Positions 46,847 to 57,200 of a stretch of 59,242 nucleotides of DNA are shown one piece after another. The translations under genes were made by a program, and so were the position numbers. The notes under the pieces are model-generated. The model was not told the origin of the DNA. It ran no database searches and saw nothing but the letters and a program-made list of their open reading frames with translations. This DNA comes from Deltaproteobacteria bacterium (GTDB lineage: Bacteria > Desulfobacterota > Syntrophia > Syntrophales > UBA5619): positions 1 through 59,242 of the forward strand of contig JAMDBG010000032.1 in the NCBI GenBank assembly GCA_023487865.1. Direction: 5' to 3'. Each line of letters starts with the position of its first letter. Position 1 is the stretch's first letter.

Positions 46847-48012
46847 TGAAAAAAAATTCTTTTCTTATTATACTAATCGCATTTTTTCTTCTGATGGCGG
46901 CCTTTCCACTCCAAGCCGCAAGGATCAAAGATATTTCCTCCATCGGCGGGGTTCGCGAGAATCAGTTGATCGGATATGGTTTGGTGGTTGGACTCATGGG
47001 CACTGGCGATGATGTTAAAAACGGTTTTACAAAAGAAACCATTGCCAACATGCTGAGCCGACACGGCCTCTCTATGAGGGACCGAACATTGAAATCAAAG
47101 AACATTGCTGCAGTAATGGTTACGGCCATTCTCCCGCCTTTTGCTAAGACCGGCGCCAGGATTGATGTGACGGTATCCTCCATTGGAGATGCGACAAGCC
47201 TTTCCGGCGGCCAGCTCCTGATGACTCCTTTACGGGCCGTGGACGGTGAGATCTACGCGTTGGCCCAGGGGCCCCTTGTTCTGGGCGGCTTCTCCGCCGG
47301 TGGTGCAAACGCAAGTGTGACCAAGAACCAGACAAATGTTGGGATCATCGCCAACGGTGCCTTTGTTGAACGAGAAGTAAAATATCCTTTTGGTCAAGAT
47401 CGTAAATTTACGATCAATCTATTTCAGCCGGATTTCACGACTGCAACAAAGCTGGCCGCTACCCTCGTCAACACAATCAAGGGAATAGAAGCACAGGCCA
47501 TTGATTCCGGAACCATCGCCGTCAGCCTCGGAACTTCATATGAGAGCAACATGGCCCTAACGATTGCGGCAGTGGAAAATATTGACGTATCCGTAGAAAC
47601 CGTTGCAGTTGTTGTCATGAATGAAAAAACGGGCACCGTTGTTATGGGTGAAAATGTGCGGATTTCGACGGTTGCCGTTTCACATGGCAACCTGAGCATA
47701 CAAATCAAGGAAAACATAAATGTCTCTCAGCCCCTGCCCTTCGCACCCCGTCCAACTGAAGGCAGTAAGCCTGTGGCGGACCGCAAAGAAGGAACCATTG
47801 TCGCGCCGGGCGGACAGACGGTCATAACAAAAGATACCGCTGTGAACGTGCAGGAAGAAAAAAAGCAGTTGATGGTCATCCCCAAGGGTGTCACGATCCA
47901 AGATGTGGTCATGGCCCTTAACGCCATCGGCGTTACACCGCGCGACCTGATTACCATTATTCAGACGATTAAAGCTGCCGGTGCATTGCAGGCGGATCTG
48001 AGAATTATTTGA
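46846..48012 (+). CDS. flgI: flagellar P-ring protein FlgI
   Basis: The ATG overlaps the flgH stop (TGATG). Signal peptide, then RIKDISSIGGVRENQLIGYGLVVGLMGTGD. Confidence 0.94.
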   Translation: MKKNSFLIILIAFFLLMAAFPLQAARIKDISSIGGVRENQLIGYGLVVGLMGTGDDVKNGFTKETIANMLSRHGLSMRDRTLKSKNIAAVMVTAILPPFAKTGARIDVTVSSIGDATSLSGGQLLMTPLRAVDGEIYALAQGPLVLGGFSAGGANASVTKNQTNVGIIANGAFVEREVKYPFGQDRKFTINLFQPDFTTATKLAATLVNTIKGIEAQAIDSGTIAVSLGTSYESNMALTIAAVENIDVSVETVAVVVMNEKTGTVVMGENVRISTVAVSHGNLSIQIKENINVSQPLPFAPRPTEGSKPVADRKEGTIVAPGGQTVITKDTAVNVQEEKKQLMVIPKGVTIQDVVMALNAIGVTPRDLITIIQTIKAAGALQADLRII

Positions 48013-48014
48013 TT

Positions 48015-48335
48015 ATGGACGAAATATCTTCTATTATAACAGCAGATATAAAAGCCTCGCAGATTGCGACTGGCCGAACAATTGATCCTGAACAAGAAAA
48101 GAAACTAAAAAAAGTATGTGCCGATTTCGAGTCGATGCTAGTATTCCAGTTACTCAAAACCATGCGACAAACAGTACCAAAGAACGGACTATTGAAACCA
48201 TCGCAGGGCAAGGAGACATACCAGATGATGCTGGATCAAAAGATAGCCGATGATCTGGCCAACAAAGGACAGGGACTGGGTCTGCAAACGATACTCTATA
48301 ACCAGATTACCAGGCAAAATTTTAAAAAAGATTAA
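48015..48335 (+). CDS. flgJ: rod-binding protein (FlgJ N-terminal domain only, no muramidase)
   Basis: ~106 aa. KKVCADFESMLVFQLLKTMRQT matches the FlgJ rod-binding domain. The ORF ends without a glycoside hydrolase domain. Confidence 0.8.
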   Translation: MDEISSIITADIKASQIATGRTIDPEQEKKLKKVCADFESMLVFQLLKTMRQTVPKNGLLKPSQGKETYQMMLDQKIADDLANKGQGLGLQTILYNQITRQNFKKD

Positions 48336-48360
48336 AGTCTTTGTGAAAAAATGTCGATAC
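48333..48360 (+). promoter_or_regulatory. sigma-28 promoter (TAAA-N16-GTCGATAC) for flgM-flgN-flgK-flgL-csrA-fliW
   Basis: TAAAGTCTTTGTGAAAAAATGTCGATAC, 29 nt upstream of the flgM ATG. The -35 overlaps the flgJ stop codon. Confidence 0.6.
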
Positions 48361-48388
48361 CTGGATTAAGACTAATAAGAGGTGATCT

Positions 48389-48694
48389 ATGATTTCAAAA
48401 GTAAAAGACGCTTCCGCGCAAATAGTCCAGCAGTATCAAAAGATCGACTCCGCGAAAAACGAGGATGACAAGCCTGTCGGAGCAGATAAAACTATTGCGG
48501 CCGAGAGGGTTGATCTCTCCAACAAGGCTAAAGACATTCAAAAGATAAAGCAGGTTCTGGATCAAACACCCGAGGTTCGCGATGAAAAAGTCCAGGAATT
48601 GAAGCACCAAATTGAAATTGGAAGCTATGCAATCGATCCGGGCAGAATCGCAGATAAAATGTTGGGTGAATCTCTGATTGACATCATTGTCTAA
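48389..48694 (+). CDS. flgM: anti-sigma-28 factor FlgM
   Basis: 101 aa; ERVDLSNKA...EVRDEKVQELKHQIEIGSYAIDPGRIADKML follows the FlgM pattern. Confidence 0.85.
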   Translation: MISKVKDASAQIVQQYQKIDSAKNEDDKPVGADKTIAAERVDLSNKAKDIQKIKQVLDQTPEVRDEKVQELKHQIEIGSYAIDPGRIADKMLGESLIDIIV

Positions 48695-48780
48695 GAGTGG
48701 GTCGCTAGGGTTAAATGCCCTGTTTACTATAAAATTCCCATCAAAGCGGCTGGAGGTAAATCTTCCACTGGAAGTGAGCC

Positions 48781-49290
48781 ATGAACAAAGATCTTGATTA
48801 TCTGTATAATTCACTATTACTTGCAATGGGACAGGAATATGAGCGCTATCAAGAGCTTCTCATAACGATTGAGGATGAAACTGAAATTTTAAAAAAGTGC
48901 GTCCTTGCGGATATTCTTAACTGCAACACAAAAAAAGAGATGATCCTTCTTTCATTAAACATCGCATTAGATATGCGGATTAGCGCCATCAATAAGATTG
49001 CTGAGTACTTACATATCGATAAACCTGTATCCATATCCGAAATCATTGCCCACGCGCACAACCGTATCGGGCAAAATCTGATGGATTATCAGGAAAAATT
49101 TGCCGATTTGATTACGCGGATCAACAAAGTCAATAACAATAACAAACACCTTATTACCTTTTCTCTTGCCAATGTAAACAATATTATTAGCTATATCAAC
49201 AGCTTGACATCTTCCCACCTAAATTATAACCCCGCCGGCCAAATAAAGGCCGGGAACTTGCATGGCAGGTTAATATCACAGGCAGGATGA
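48781..49290 (+). CDS. flgN: FlgN-family flagellar export chaperone
   Basis: 169-aa helical protein between flgM and flgK. N-terminal LYNSLLLAMGQEYERYQELLITIEDETEILKK is FlgN-like. Confidence 0.65.
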   Translation: MNKDLDYLYNSLLLAMGQEYERYQELLITIEDETEILKKCVLADILNCNTKKEMILLSLNIALDMRISAINKIAEYLHIDKPVSISEIIAHAHNRIGQNLMDYQEKFADLITRINKVNNNNKHLITFSLANVNNIISYINSLTSSHLNYNPAGQIKAGNLHGRLISQAG

Positions 49291-49315
49291 TGCTCCCTGC
49301 GGGAAGGATATTGAC

Positions 49316-50707
49316 ATGTCGATCAGCAACCTTTTATTGACAGCAAGAGATTCCCTATTTGCCCACAGAATGGCCATCGACATCACCGGTGGAAACGTCG
49401 CTAATGTCAACACACCAGGCTACACACGCCAGCGGCTGGACCTGAGATCTGTCGGCAGCGCCAATATCAGAGACGCCAACGCCCAGATTGGCGTTGCCAT
49501 TAACAATGTCGAACGAATCTATAACCAATACATCGAAACCCAAGTCATCGAACAAAATCAGAATTTGAGTTACAGCGACACCATGCTGCAGGGGCTCCAG
49601 AACATAGAGCGTATGCTTGATGATACAAGCGGCAATGGACTCAACGACCGTCTGAACAAGTTTTGGTCTTCCTGGGAAAACCTGTCCAACAACCCCACAG
49701 GGAAGGTGGAAAGAAACGACCTGCTCTTTGCTGCGAAAAACCTTGCCGAAACGATTAATTCCTACAAACAGAATCTCGATACTATCAACGCGGACATGAA
49801 TCGCAGCATCACAGAAACCGTTTTCCAAATCAATAATAAGGTTGAAGAGATCAGAGATCTGAACGAAAAGATCTTAGGAACGGGAAGTAATGAGCTTGAG
49901 AGTAGGAGCTCCTTACTCGACAACCGCTCCCAAGCACTGAAAGACCTTAGCAACCTGATCAACATCAGCGAGCTGGAAAATTCTGACGGCACGATCAATG
50001 TATTTCTTCCCAACGGGGAACCCCTCGTCCAGGGCAAGACAAGCCAGACTCTCGCTGTCGGACTGGATGTCAGCGGTCTATTAAGCAACATCTACTTGAC
50101 CAATAAGCCAGCCGAGTCACTCAATGGCACCCTGACCAAAGGCGAGCTCGGCGCCTTTATCGAGTTACAGAATACGGTCATCCCTAAATACGTAACATAT
50201 ATGAACGATTTTTCAGTTGCCCTTTCAACCCGCACGAATGAATTGCACACCAGTGGGTATGATGCGTACAAGAACATAGGAGTTGACTTTTTTGTCATCG
50301 CAGACATAGACAACCCATCCGGCACTATCGGTGTCAACAGCATCATTACGGACGATCCCAACAGGATTGCCGGCTCCGAGACAGTTACAGGGGATGGTGA
50401 AATTGCCCGTAGAATCGCCGCCGTTCAGAACGAACTGCTCATGGATGGCGGAACCGCGACTCTCAACAACTTCCTCGCTGCCATGGTCGGAGAGATAGGG
50501 AGCCAGGTGGCCGACGCAGAAATGGACAGCGACTACCAGACGATTATCATGAACCAGTTGGAGAACCAGCGGGAGTCCATATCCGGCGTGTCGATCGATG
50601 AAGAGATGATCCAGTTGATCAAGTATCAGATGGGCTACACAGCTGCGGGTAAGCTTGTCGTTTCAGCGGAGGATATGCTGGATACATTGATAGAACTTAT
50701 CAAGTAA
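49316..50707 (+). CDS. flgK: hook-filament junction protein FlgK (HAP1)
   Basis: 463 aa; N-terminal AIDITGGNVANVNTPGYTRQR; C-terminal SGVSIDEEMIQLIKYQMGYTAAGKLV. Confidence 0.92.
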   Translation: MSISNLLLTARDSLFAHRMAIDITGGNVANVNTPGYTRQRLDLRSVGSANIRDANAQIGVAINNVERIYNQYIETQVIEQNQNLSYSDTMLQGLQNIERMLDDTSGNGLNDRLNKFWSSWENLSNNPTGKVERNDLLFAAKNLAETINSYKQNLDTINADMNRSITETVFQINNKVEEIRDLNEKILGTGSNELESRSSLLDNRSQALKDLSNLINISELENSDGTINVFLPNGEPLVQGKTSQTLAVGLDVSGLLSNIYLTNKPAESLNGTLTKGELGAFIELQNTVIPKYVTYMNDFSVALSTRTNELHTSGYDAYKNIGVDFFVIADIDNPSGTIGVNSIITDDPNRIAGSETVTGDGEIARRIAAVQNELLMDGGTATLNNFLAAMVGEIGSQVADAEMDSDYQTIIMNQLENQRESISGVSIDEEMIQLIKYQMGYTAAGKLVVSAEDMLDTLIELIK

Positions 50708-50717
50708 GGAGTGATCT

Positions 50718-51929
50718 ATGAGAGTCACTGACACTATGAGATACAACACGGCCATCAGCAATATTTTCAATGCCCAGGCCCAGTACAACGATATCTCGGA
50801 GAAACTTGCAAGTCAGAAAAATATTAACCGGGCGTCGGATGACCCGGTCGCGGCCACAAAGCTCATCGAGATACGACGGGACAAAGCCGCAAATGAACAG
50901 TACAAGAAAAATATGGATTCCACCAATTCTTGGATTACGGCAACTGAATCCAATTTATTCGGTGCATATGATCTGCTTGTCAAGGCACAGGAAATCGCTG
51001 TAGGACAATCCACTGCAACAGCTAGTGAAACGACGCGGAAAATCATGGCCGAGAGCGTCAAGTCGCTCATCGGTGAAATGGGAAGACTGGCCAACGCGAA
51101 AATGGGATATCGTTATCTGTTTTCCGGAACACGTGACGACGTCGCGCCCTTCTCAACAGTAGCGATGGATGCAACAATCGAGGCCGCCGCCGCCGCTGCG
51201 AACAATTCATTTCAGGGAACCGTTGTATCATCCGGTACATTCACAGGCAGTACCAATAAGACCTATGTCGTCAAGATTACGGATGTGACGACCATTGGCG
51301 AGTTCCTTGGTCAGGCAGAATATCAGAGCTCAGCGGATGGTGGCAAAACGTGGAGTGCGGCCGCGACGCTCCCGGCGGGCGGTTCGGTCGACCTAGGTGA
51401 AGGCGTTACCCTCACATTTGACGATCTCGGTGCAACGGCGGGCTTTGGTGAAAATGATATTTTTTATGTGAATGCCGTTGCTCCCGGCTACTATCGAGGC
51501 AACGACGGGACTTTATCGATGCCAATCAGCCGCGGAGCGATTGTCGACTACAATATCACTGGTTCTGAAGCTTTCACCGCAGCGGGAAGCAATGGCGTAG
51601 ACATCTTCAAGACGCTCAATGACCTGAAGGACGCCCTGAGCAGCAATAACGCACAGGGCATTTCCGCCCAAATAGACAACCTGAAAAACGCGCAAAACCA
51701 GGTCACACTGAACCAGTCCCTCAGCGGTTCGAAAGCGAACTACATTGAAGTGGCGAAAAACAACCTGGAGGAAGTCGACATGCAGTTGAACTCACTGCTT
51801 TCCCAAACACAAGACGCAGACCTTGCGGATCTTTCAACCAAGCTGGCCATGAAAGAGATTGCATTACAGGCGTCTTACGCTATTGCCTCAAAAATCGGCA
51901 ACACGACAATCCTTGATATTCTTGAATAA
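50718..51929 (+). CDS. flgL: hook-filament junction protein FlgL (HAP3)
   Basis: 403 aa; MRVTDTMRYNTAISNIFNAQAQYNDISEKLASQKNINRASDDPVAA, a flagellin-like N-terminus. Confidence 0.9.
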   Translation: MRVTDTMRYNTAISNIFNAQAQYNDISEKLASQKNINRASDDPVAATKLIEIRRDKAANEQYKKNMDSTNSWITATESNLFGAYDLLVKAQEIAVGQSTATASETTRKIMAESVKSLIGEMGRLANAKMGYRYLFSGTRDDVAPFSTVAMDATIEAAAAAANNSFQGTVVSSGTFTGSTNKTYVVKITDVTTIGEFLGQAEYQSSADGGKTWSAAATLPAGGSVDLGEGVTLTFDDLGATAGFGENDIFYVNAVAPGYYRGNDGTLSMPISRGAIVDYNITGSEAFTAAGSNGVDIFKTLNDLKDALSSNNAQGISAQIDNLKNAQNQVTLNQSLSGSKANYIEVAKNNLEEVDMQLNSLLSQTQDADLADLSTKLAMKEIALQASYAIASKIGNTTILDILE

Positions 51930-51948
51930 AGTGCGGAAAGGCAAATAA

Positions 51949-52176
51949 ATGTTGATCCTGACAAGGAAGTTGGGAGAGTCCATAACCATCGGCGATGACA
52001 TCAAGATCACTTTTTTAGATATCAAGGGGAAACAGTTACGGATAGGGATAGACGCTCCTAAATATGTCTCCATCTATCGCGATGAGATCTACCAGGCTAT
52101 TCAGGAACAAAATCTCCAGGCCGCCGCATCCGATATCCAGATATCGAATGTCTGGGAAAAATTGACAGAGAAGTAA
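51949..52176 (+). CDS. csrA: carbon storage regulator CsrA (flagellar type)
   Basis: 75 aa; [48 protein letters not shown]. Confidence 0.95.
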   Translation: MLILTRKLGESITIGDDIKITFLDIKGKQLRIGIDAPKYVSIYRDEIYQAIQEQNLQAAASDIQISNVWEKLTEK

Positions 52177-52279
52177 TTTGACTGCCGTCTGTAGTTTGGC
52201 CAAGATTACCATACCGCTTCAGAATGATCAGCACTAAAAAGGTGAATGCATAGCGAATAATATATGAGGGGTAAGAACC

Positions 52280-52789
52280 GTGAAAATCGAAACAACACGC
52301 TTTGGCGAGATCGACATAAAAGAATCCGAACTGATTGTGATGAAGGGCCCTATTTTAGGTTTTGAACACCTCAGTCGCTTTGTACTGCTGATTCGTGACA
52401 AAGCCACACCGCTTTGTTGGTTACAGTCCGTTGAGGATCCTTCCATCGCCTTTGTGGTTATCAATCCGCGCATTATAAGGCCGGACTACAACCCGGCTAT
52501 TTTGGCGGAGGATCTTGAAATCGTGGGTATTAAAAACAGTGAAGACATCGCCTTGCTCGTCATTGTCACGGTCCGGTCTCAGCCGTTCCGGGTGACAGCC
52601 AATATCAGGGCGCCTCTTCTGATCAATGCCGAAACCAGAACGGCCCGTCAGGTCGTTCTTGACGATCCCGAATATCCGATTCAGTATGACGTCAGCGATC
52701 ACAAGGCGGATGTGAACAAAGGCTTATCAGTAACAGACGGGGAATTAACAGGAAGTGCAAGCCGTCTTGCACCACAGGCGGTAGTCTGA
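52280..52789 (+). CDS. fliW: flagellar assembly factor FliW (CsrA antagonist)
   Basis: GTG start; IETTRFGEIDIKESELIVMKGPILGFEHLSRFVLL and APLLINAETRTARQVVL motifs. Confidence 0.9.
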   Translation: MKIETTRFGEIDIKESELIVMKGPILGFEHLSRFVLLIRDKATPLCWLQSVEDPSIAFVVINPRIIRPDYNPAILAEDLEIVGIKNSEDIALLVIVTVRSQPFRVTANIRAPLLINAETRTARQVVLDDPEYPIQYDVSDHKADVNKGLSVTDGELTGSASRLAPQAVV

Positions 52790-52838
52790 TTACGAAGAAG
52801 TTTACAGACAGGATGTTGCGAAATTTTAATAATTTAAA

Positions 52839-53198
52839 TTAAACTTTCCTGTTGAAGATCATTCCTGCCAGTTCGCTCATTTTGGCATATAAACTCTGAA
52901 GTTCCTTCGCAGGGATTTCACGAACCACCTCGCCTGTATCTTTATTCACGACAGTGACTGAGATCTTTTCACCACGTTCTCCATAAGTGGAATACTGAAG
53001 ACTGACGTTCATACTGTCGATCTGTTCCTGCATACTCTCGATCATCTGTCTCATCTTTTCATTATTAACTTCTGCATCCTCAGCTGAGGCCTGTCGTGTC
53101 TGGCCAGGTCCCATCTGCGGTATAGGTACGGCTGCGATTGCCGGTTCGCCCGTTATTGCGCTATTTGTCTCCACGGCCCTGATGTCCACTTTATTCAC
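52839..53198 (-). CDS. flaG: flagellar protein FlaG
   Basis: 119 aa; NVSLQYSTYGERGEKISVTVVNKDTGEVVREIPAKELQSLYAKM matches the FlaG pattern. Confidence 0.85.
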   Translation of the reverse strand: MNKVDIRAVETNSAITGEPAIAAVPIPQMGPGQTRQASAEDAEVNNEKMRQMIESMQEQIDSMNVSLQYSTYGERGEKISVTVVNKDTGEVVREIPAKELQSLYAKMSELAGMIFNRKV

Positions 53199-53225
53199 CT
53201 CCTCTCGTTTATCTCTTTATATCTG

Positions 53226-53253
53226 CTATCGGTATTCCGCGATAAAAACTTGA
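53226..53253 (-). promoter_or_regulatory. weak sigma-28-like promoter (TCAA-N16-ACCGATAG) upstream of flaG
   Basis: The minus strand reads TCAAGTTTTTATCGCGGAATACCGATAG. It keeps the 16-nt spacing of the strong sites, but both elements are degenerate. Confidence 0.35.
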
Positions 53254-53270
53254 ATCACTCTTATGAACGA

Positions 53271-53714
53271 TCAAGAGCGCACGCTAAGGAATTTCGGTAT
53301 TCGTTGCGTTTTGTCGACATACCCTTGGATTCCTTGTCTTTGTTGGTTAATGACAGTCAGATCATTCCGTAAAGCTTCACAACTGCGGGCCGCGATGGCA
53401 GTACAAACCTGATTTGTCGAATTGATCTGTCTCAGCTTACCGCCGAGATCATCGGACATACTTGCCACCCGCTGAAAGATCGCCGAACGCTGATCGAGCG
53501 GGATTGAATGCTGGTAACGACTGATTCGTCGATCCAGTCCATCAATCTCCCCTATTAATTCTTCGCGGCATTTGATAAACCGGTCCACCTCTTCCATCTC
53601 TTCTGTTTCAATCGCATTTTTAAGAAGTTCTGTGACGGACAGGAACTCGTCGTATGCCTTGCCTTTTTCTACGAGCATCGCAAATATTTCCTCTGCAGGA
53701 CTCGCTGTTTTCAT
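53271..53714 (-). CDS. putative flagellar export chaperone (FliT/FlgN-like helical protein)
   Basis: ~147-aa helical protein between fliS and flaG; start taken at MKTASPAEEIF (53714). Assigned mainly by position and predicted helical character. Confidence 0.45.
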   Translation of the reverse strand: MKTASPAEEIFAMLVEKGKAYDEFLSVTELLKNAIETEEMEEVDRFIKCREELIGEIDGLDRRISRYQHSIPLDQRSAIFQRVASMSDDLGGKLRQINSTNQVCTAIAARSCEALRNDLTVINQQRQGIQGYVDKTQRIPKFLSVRS

Positions 53715-53742
53715 TGCATCTATCTCCAAATACAAGATCGAA

Positions 53743-54204
53743 TTAAGCGCTCCACATTCTTGCCGTTGCGACCGGGGGGGCACCAATACGGGCCGGCATC
53801 TCGACCATCATTTGGGGTCTGGCCTCACTCCTGTCAGAGGGCATGATGATCGCTTTCCATGCCGATTCAAGCTCTTCCAGCATTCGGATGATTATTGCGA
53901 ACATGTTTATATCTTTTTTAATATCGGCTTCTAGGAGGCTCCGTGTCATGTACTTATAGAGTTCGTCAAGATTTTTGGCTATGGAGCCACCCTTTTTAAA
54001 ATCCAGGGCATTGTTCAACTCACAGATGATGTCAAGCGCCTTTTGCAGGCTCTTTGCTTTTGCTTCGTACTCCTTGGCCACGTAGTGTTCTCGCGCGGTT
54101 TTCAAATTTAGAATCGCCTGACTGTAACAGATGAGGATCAATTTCTTCGGATCAGCCGTCAAGAAACTGATCTCCTGATAGGTACCCATGCCTTTTTCCA
54201 CCAT
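53743..54204 (-). CDS. fliS: flagellin-specific chaperone FliS
   Basis: KKLILICYSQAILNLKTAREH...KALDIICELNNALDFKKGGSIAKNLDELYKYMTRSLLEA follows the FliS four-helix pattern. The start could also be 54189. Confidence 0.88.
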   Translation of the reverse strand: MVEKGMGTYQEISFLTADPKKLILICYSQAILNLKTAREHYVAKEYEAKAKSLQKALDIICELNNALDFKKGGSIAKNLDELYKYMTRSLLEADIKKDINMFAIIIRMLEELESAWKAIIMPSDRSEARPQMMVEMPARIGAPPVATARMWSA

Positions 54205-54293
54205 TTCTTTATCTCCTTTTCCGGATTTCCATAGATGTATTGCTTCCGCAAATTTTGATGAAATATTTACTTTTTTTCTGTCCCTTCACTTTA

Positions 54294-57200
54294 TTATACC
54301 CACCCACTGTAGGCGGCATTGATCTGGCCAGTAAGCCAACTACTCTGGCTCTGTATTTTGCTTAAGGCCATTTCCATGGCCACGAAACGGTTCACCATCG
54401 CTTCCTGCTTCAGGGCCAACCGTGCTTCCATCTCGCTGATCTGCGTAGCATAACTGTCCACGCTATCCTGCAGAGATTCTTGCTTGAACGATGCATAGCC
54501 GCTGACGGAGTCGGTAATGTCAAAAAGGGTGTTATCGAGGAGCGCGGCTATGCCGAGCGTAAGCATTACATTGCCCGCATCGATATTGTTCGTTGTTCCC
54601 GTATATTTTATAGACAATCCGTCGGTATTGGCATTACCAACAGCACCGGTCAGAGTCTGGCCGGACCCGGTTGCCGTTTCCCCGTTGATGGTACCGGTTA
54701 CATCCAGGCCGCTATAGGTTCCGTATGTTAGGCCTAATGCCAAACCTTGGGAAATAGTGAAGCTGCTGCCGCTGCCGTAGTCGGTGTTCCTGAGCACGAG
54801 ATGACCGCTGCCGTCGTCGTCCGCGATCATGGCGAGAGCATAGCGTCCCACTATGCCGCCCGTGTTTGAGGTAAGCGCTGTTCCGAAATCAAGTCCCCTT
54901 CCCACGGGTTCGGTTATGTCCAGGGCCAGTTGACTTGTCCCCGTAAACTTATCGGTCAGCGTAATGCGCCCCGAAGAGCTGATTGAGGCCGTCACCTGGT
55001 TGGAGTAGGCGGTTTCTATCGCGGAAAGCAAATCCTGCACCGTGTCGGTCGCCGTGTTCGTGATCGTATAACTCCCCGATATCGCCGTTCCGCTCCGGGA
55101 GGTTCCGGAAAAGTTGATGACATCTCCGTTTTGCAGTGTCGTACCGTAGATGTTATCCAAAGCGGTTCCCGCCGTGATTGCTGTCACATTGTCGTCCTGT
55201 TTTAACTCCTGGCTTCCGGTGAGCGTTTGCGTATAGACGGCATTGAATTCCGTGTTTATGGCGTTCACAATGTCGGCTATGATCATGCCGCCCGTGACGG
55301 CAATGGTTGCCGCTCCGCTGCCCTGGGCTACTGTCAGCGTGTCTGTGACACCGCCGGCGGAGAGGTCTACGCTGCCGGTCGTTGTGGCTTGTGTTGCGGC
55401 GGTGGTGATGTGAACGGTATAATCCCCCGCCTTTGTGTCTTTCGTAGAGGCTATATACGCGAGGTCGGTGCTGGAAGTGGCTCCCTGGACCGTAAAGAGG
55501 GCCTTCACATCGTTGAAGTTGGTCTGCAGGTATCCCGTCAGCAAGGTATCGTCGATGGTCAAGAGCTGGTTGTTGTCAAGGTTGATGCCGATCATACCCA
55601 TGATGGAGAAATTACTGTTCACCCCCCAGATGGTCTGGGTCGTTAACGCGGAAATATCGGATTTGATGGAGGAGAGGGTCCCGTCGCCAAAGAGAACGCC
55701 GCCAGTTGTCATTTTTTCCGTATCGTAGGAAAATTGGGTATTGATGTAAGACATCAGGTCATTGTATTTGCCGACATAATCTTGAATACTCTTCTTAATA
55801 GTGTCCAGGTCTCGCCCCAATGTGAGGTTGATGGTGGTCGCGGCGTCTTCCTTGATGAGATTCAAGGTCGTGCCGGTAATCACATCCTTGATGGTATTGG
55901 AAGCATTGGTAACGGTCACTCCGTCCAAGACGATGGCGGCATCTTCACCGGCAATGATCTGTCTCTGGCGGTCGGCAGCAGTGCCGAAATCCGCATCCGC
56001 CGTCACGAATTCAAGCTTAGAGTTCGTATCCGCGATATGGTCGGTAAGGTTCACCGCAAGTACACTTCCACCGGACAGGTCGTCCACCCGGATCTTGCCG
56101 TCATTGGTCACATAGGCCAAGACGTTCCCATAACGCGTCTTGATTTCATCAAGGAGATCCTGGACGGTCGTGGAGCTTGTAATGCTGAAATTGGTGTTGA
56201 CTGCGGCGTTCGAGGTATCCGTCCCCGTCAGAGTGAGATAATCGCCGGCAGGAAATCCGCCGGTTGTAAAGGTATTGTAGCCGTCAATATCCACGAGAAC
56301 CGTGGCGGCTGTAATATTTGTGCCGTTGGAAGTCATTGAGACGCCCGAAACCTTGCCTGAGACGTCTGTGCTGCCCCGGTCCAGTATCCCCAGGGTATTT
56401 AGGATGTTGTTTGCATCGCTGAAGGTCTGGGTGCCGTCGATTTGCAGGCGATAATAGGTTATGTTATCGACACTCTCTTCGATGACGGAAGCGCTTGCCC
56501 CGGTCGGAGCCGCCGTGTTGATAGCTATTTTGATGTCCGTGAGCGACATACTGGATAGATTGATGGCTACGCTCTTGTCGCCGATGGTGACGCTACCGGA
56601 TTCTCCCGCAGCGAGGCCCAATAGCGAGCCGACGGCCGACGTTGCCGAAGTAAAGCGATCTCCCTGCGCGCCCAGGGTGATGGCGTTTTTTATCGTGGCC
56701 GCCTGATTGTCTTTCCAGCCGAAGGCCTGCACCAGATTTACAGATGAGCCGTTCAGGAGGCTGATACCCTCGGCGCCGGTTTTATCGCTGGTGAGGATCA
56801 GCCGGTAATCGTTGGTGCCAAAATTAATGACGGAGGCAGTTACCCCGGAAGGGCTGCTTCCTGTGTTCAGATTATTAATGCTGTTCGCGACGCCGGCAAG
56901 CGTATCCGTCGCGTTGGTGGTTACAACCTTTCCGTTGATGACGATGTCACCGGCATAGCCCGCCCCCAGCGCTGTTGTCTGGCTTGTAAAAGGGTTAGAG
57001 GAGAGCTTCTGTGACTGGGCCAGGTTCGTGACCTTGAGACTGTAGGTGCCGGGTGCTGATGTGGTGGTGGTGGAAACGGAAAGCAGGTCGCTTCCCTTGA
57101 CGGTGCTGCTGTTCGTGGACATAGTTGCGGCGAAGATCTGGAAGATATCAGGTTTTTTCAGCCCCGCAACCGAAGTCTTGAGGGCCAAAAGCTTGGAATT

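Noticed and set aside
52235-52260. TAAA-N14-GCGAATAA lies in the csrA-fliW intergenic gap and could be a sigma-28 promoter.
   Set aside because: The spacer is 14 nt versus 16 in all strong sites, and the -10 has two mismatches.
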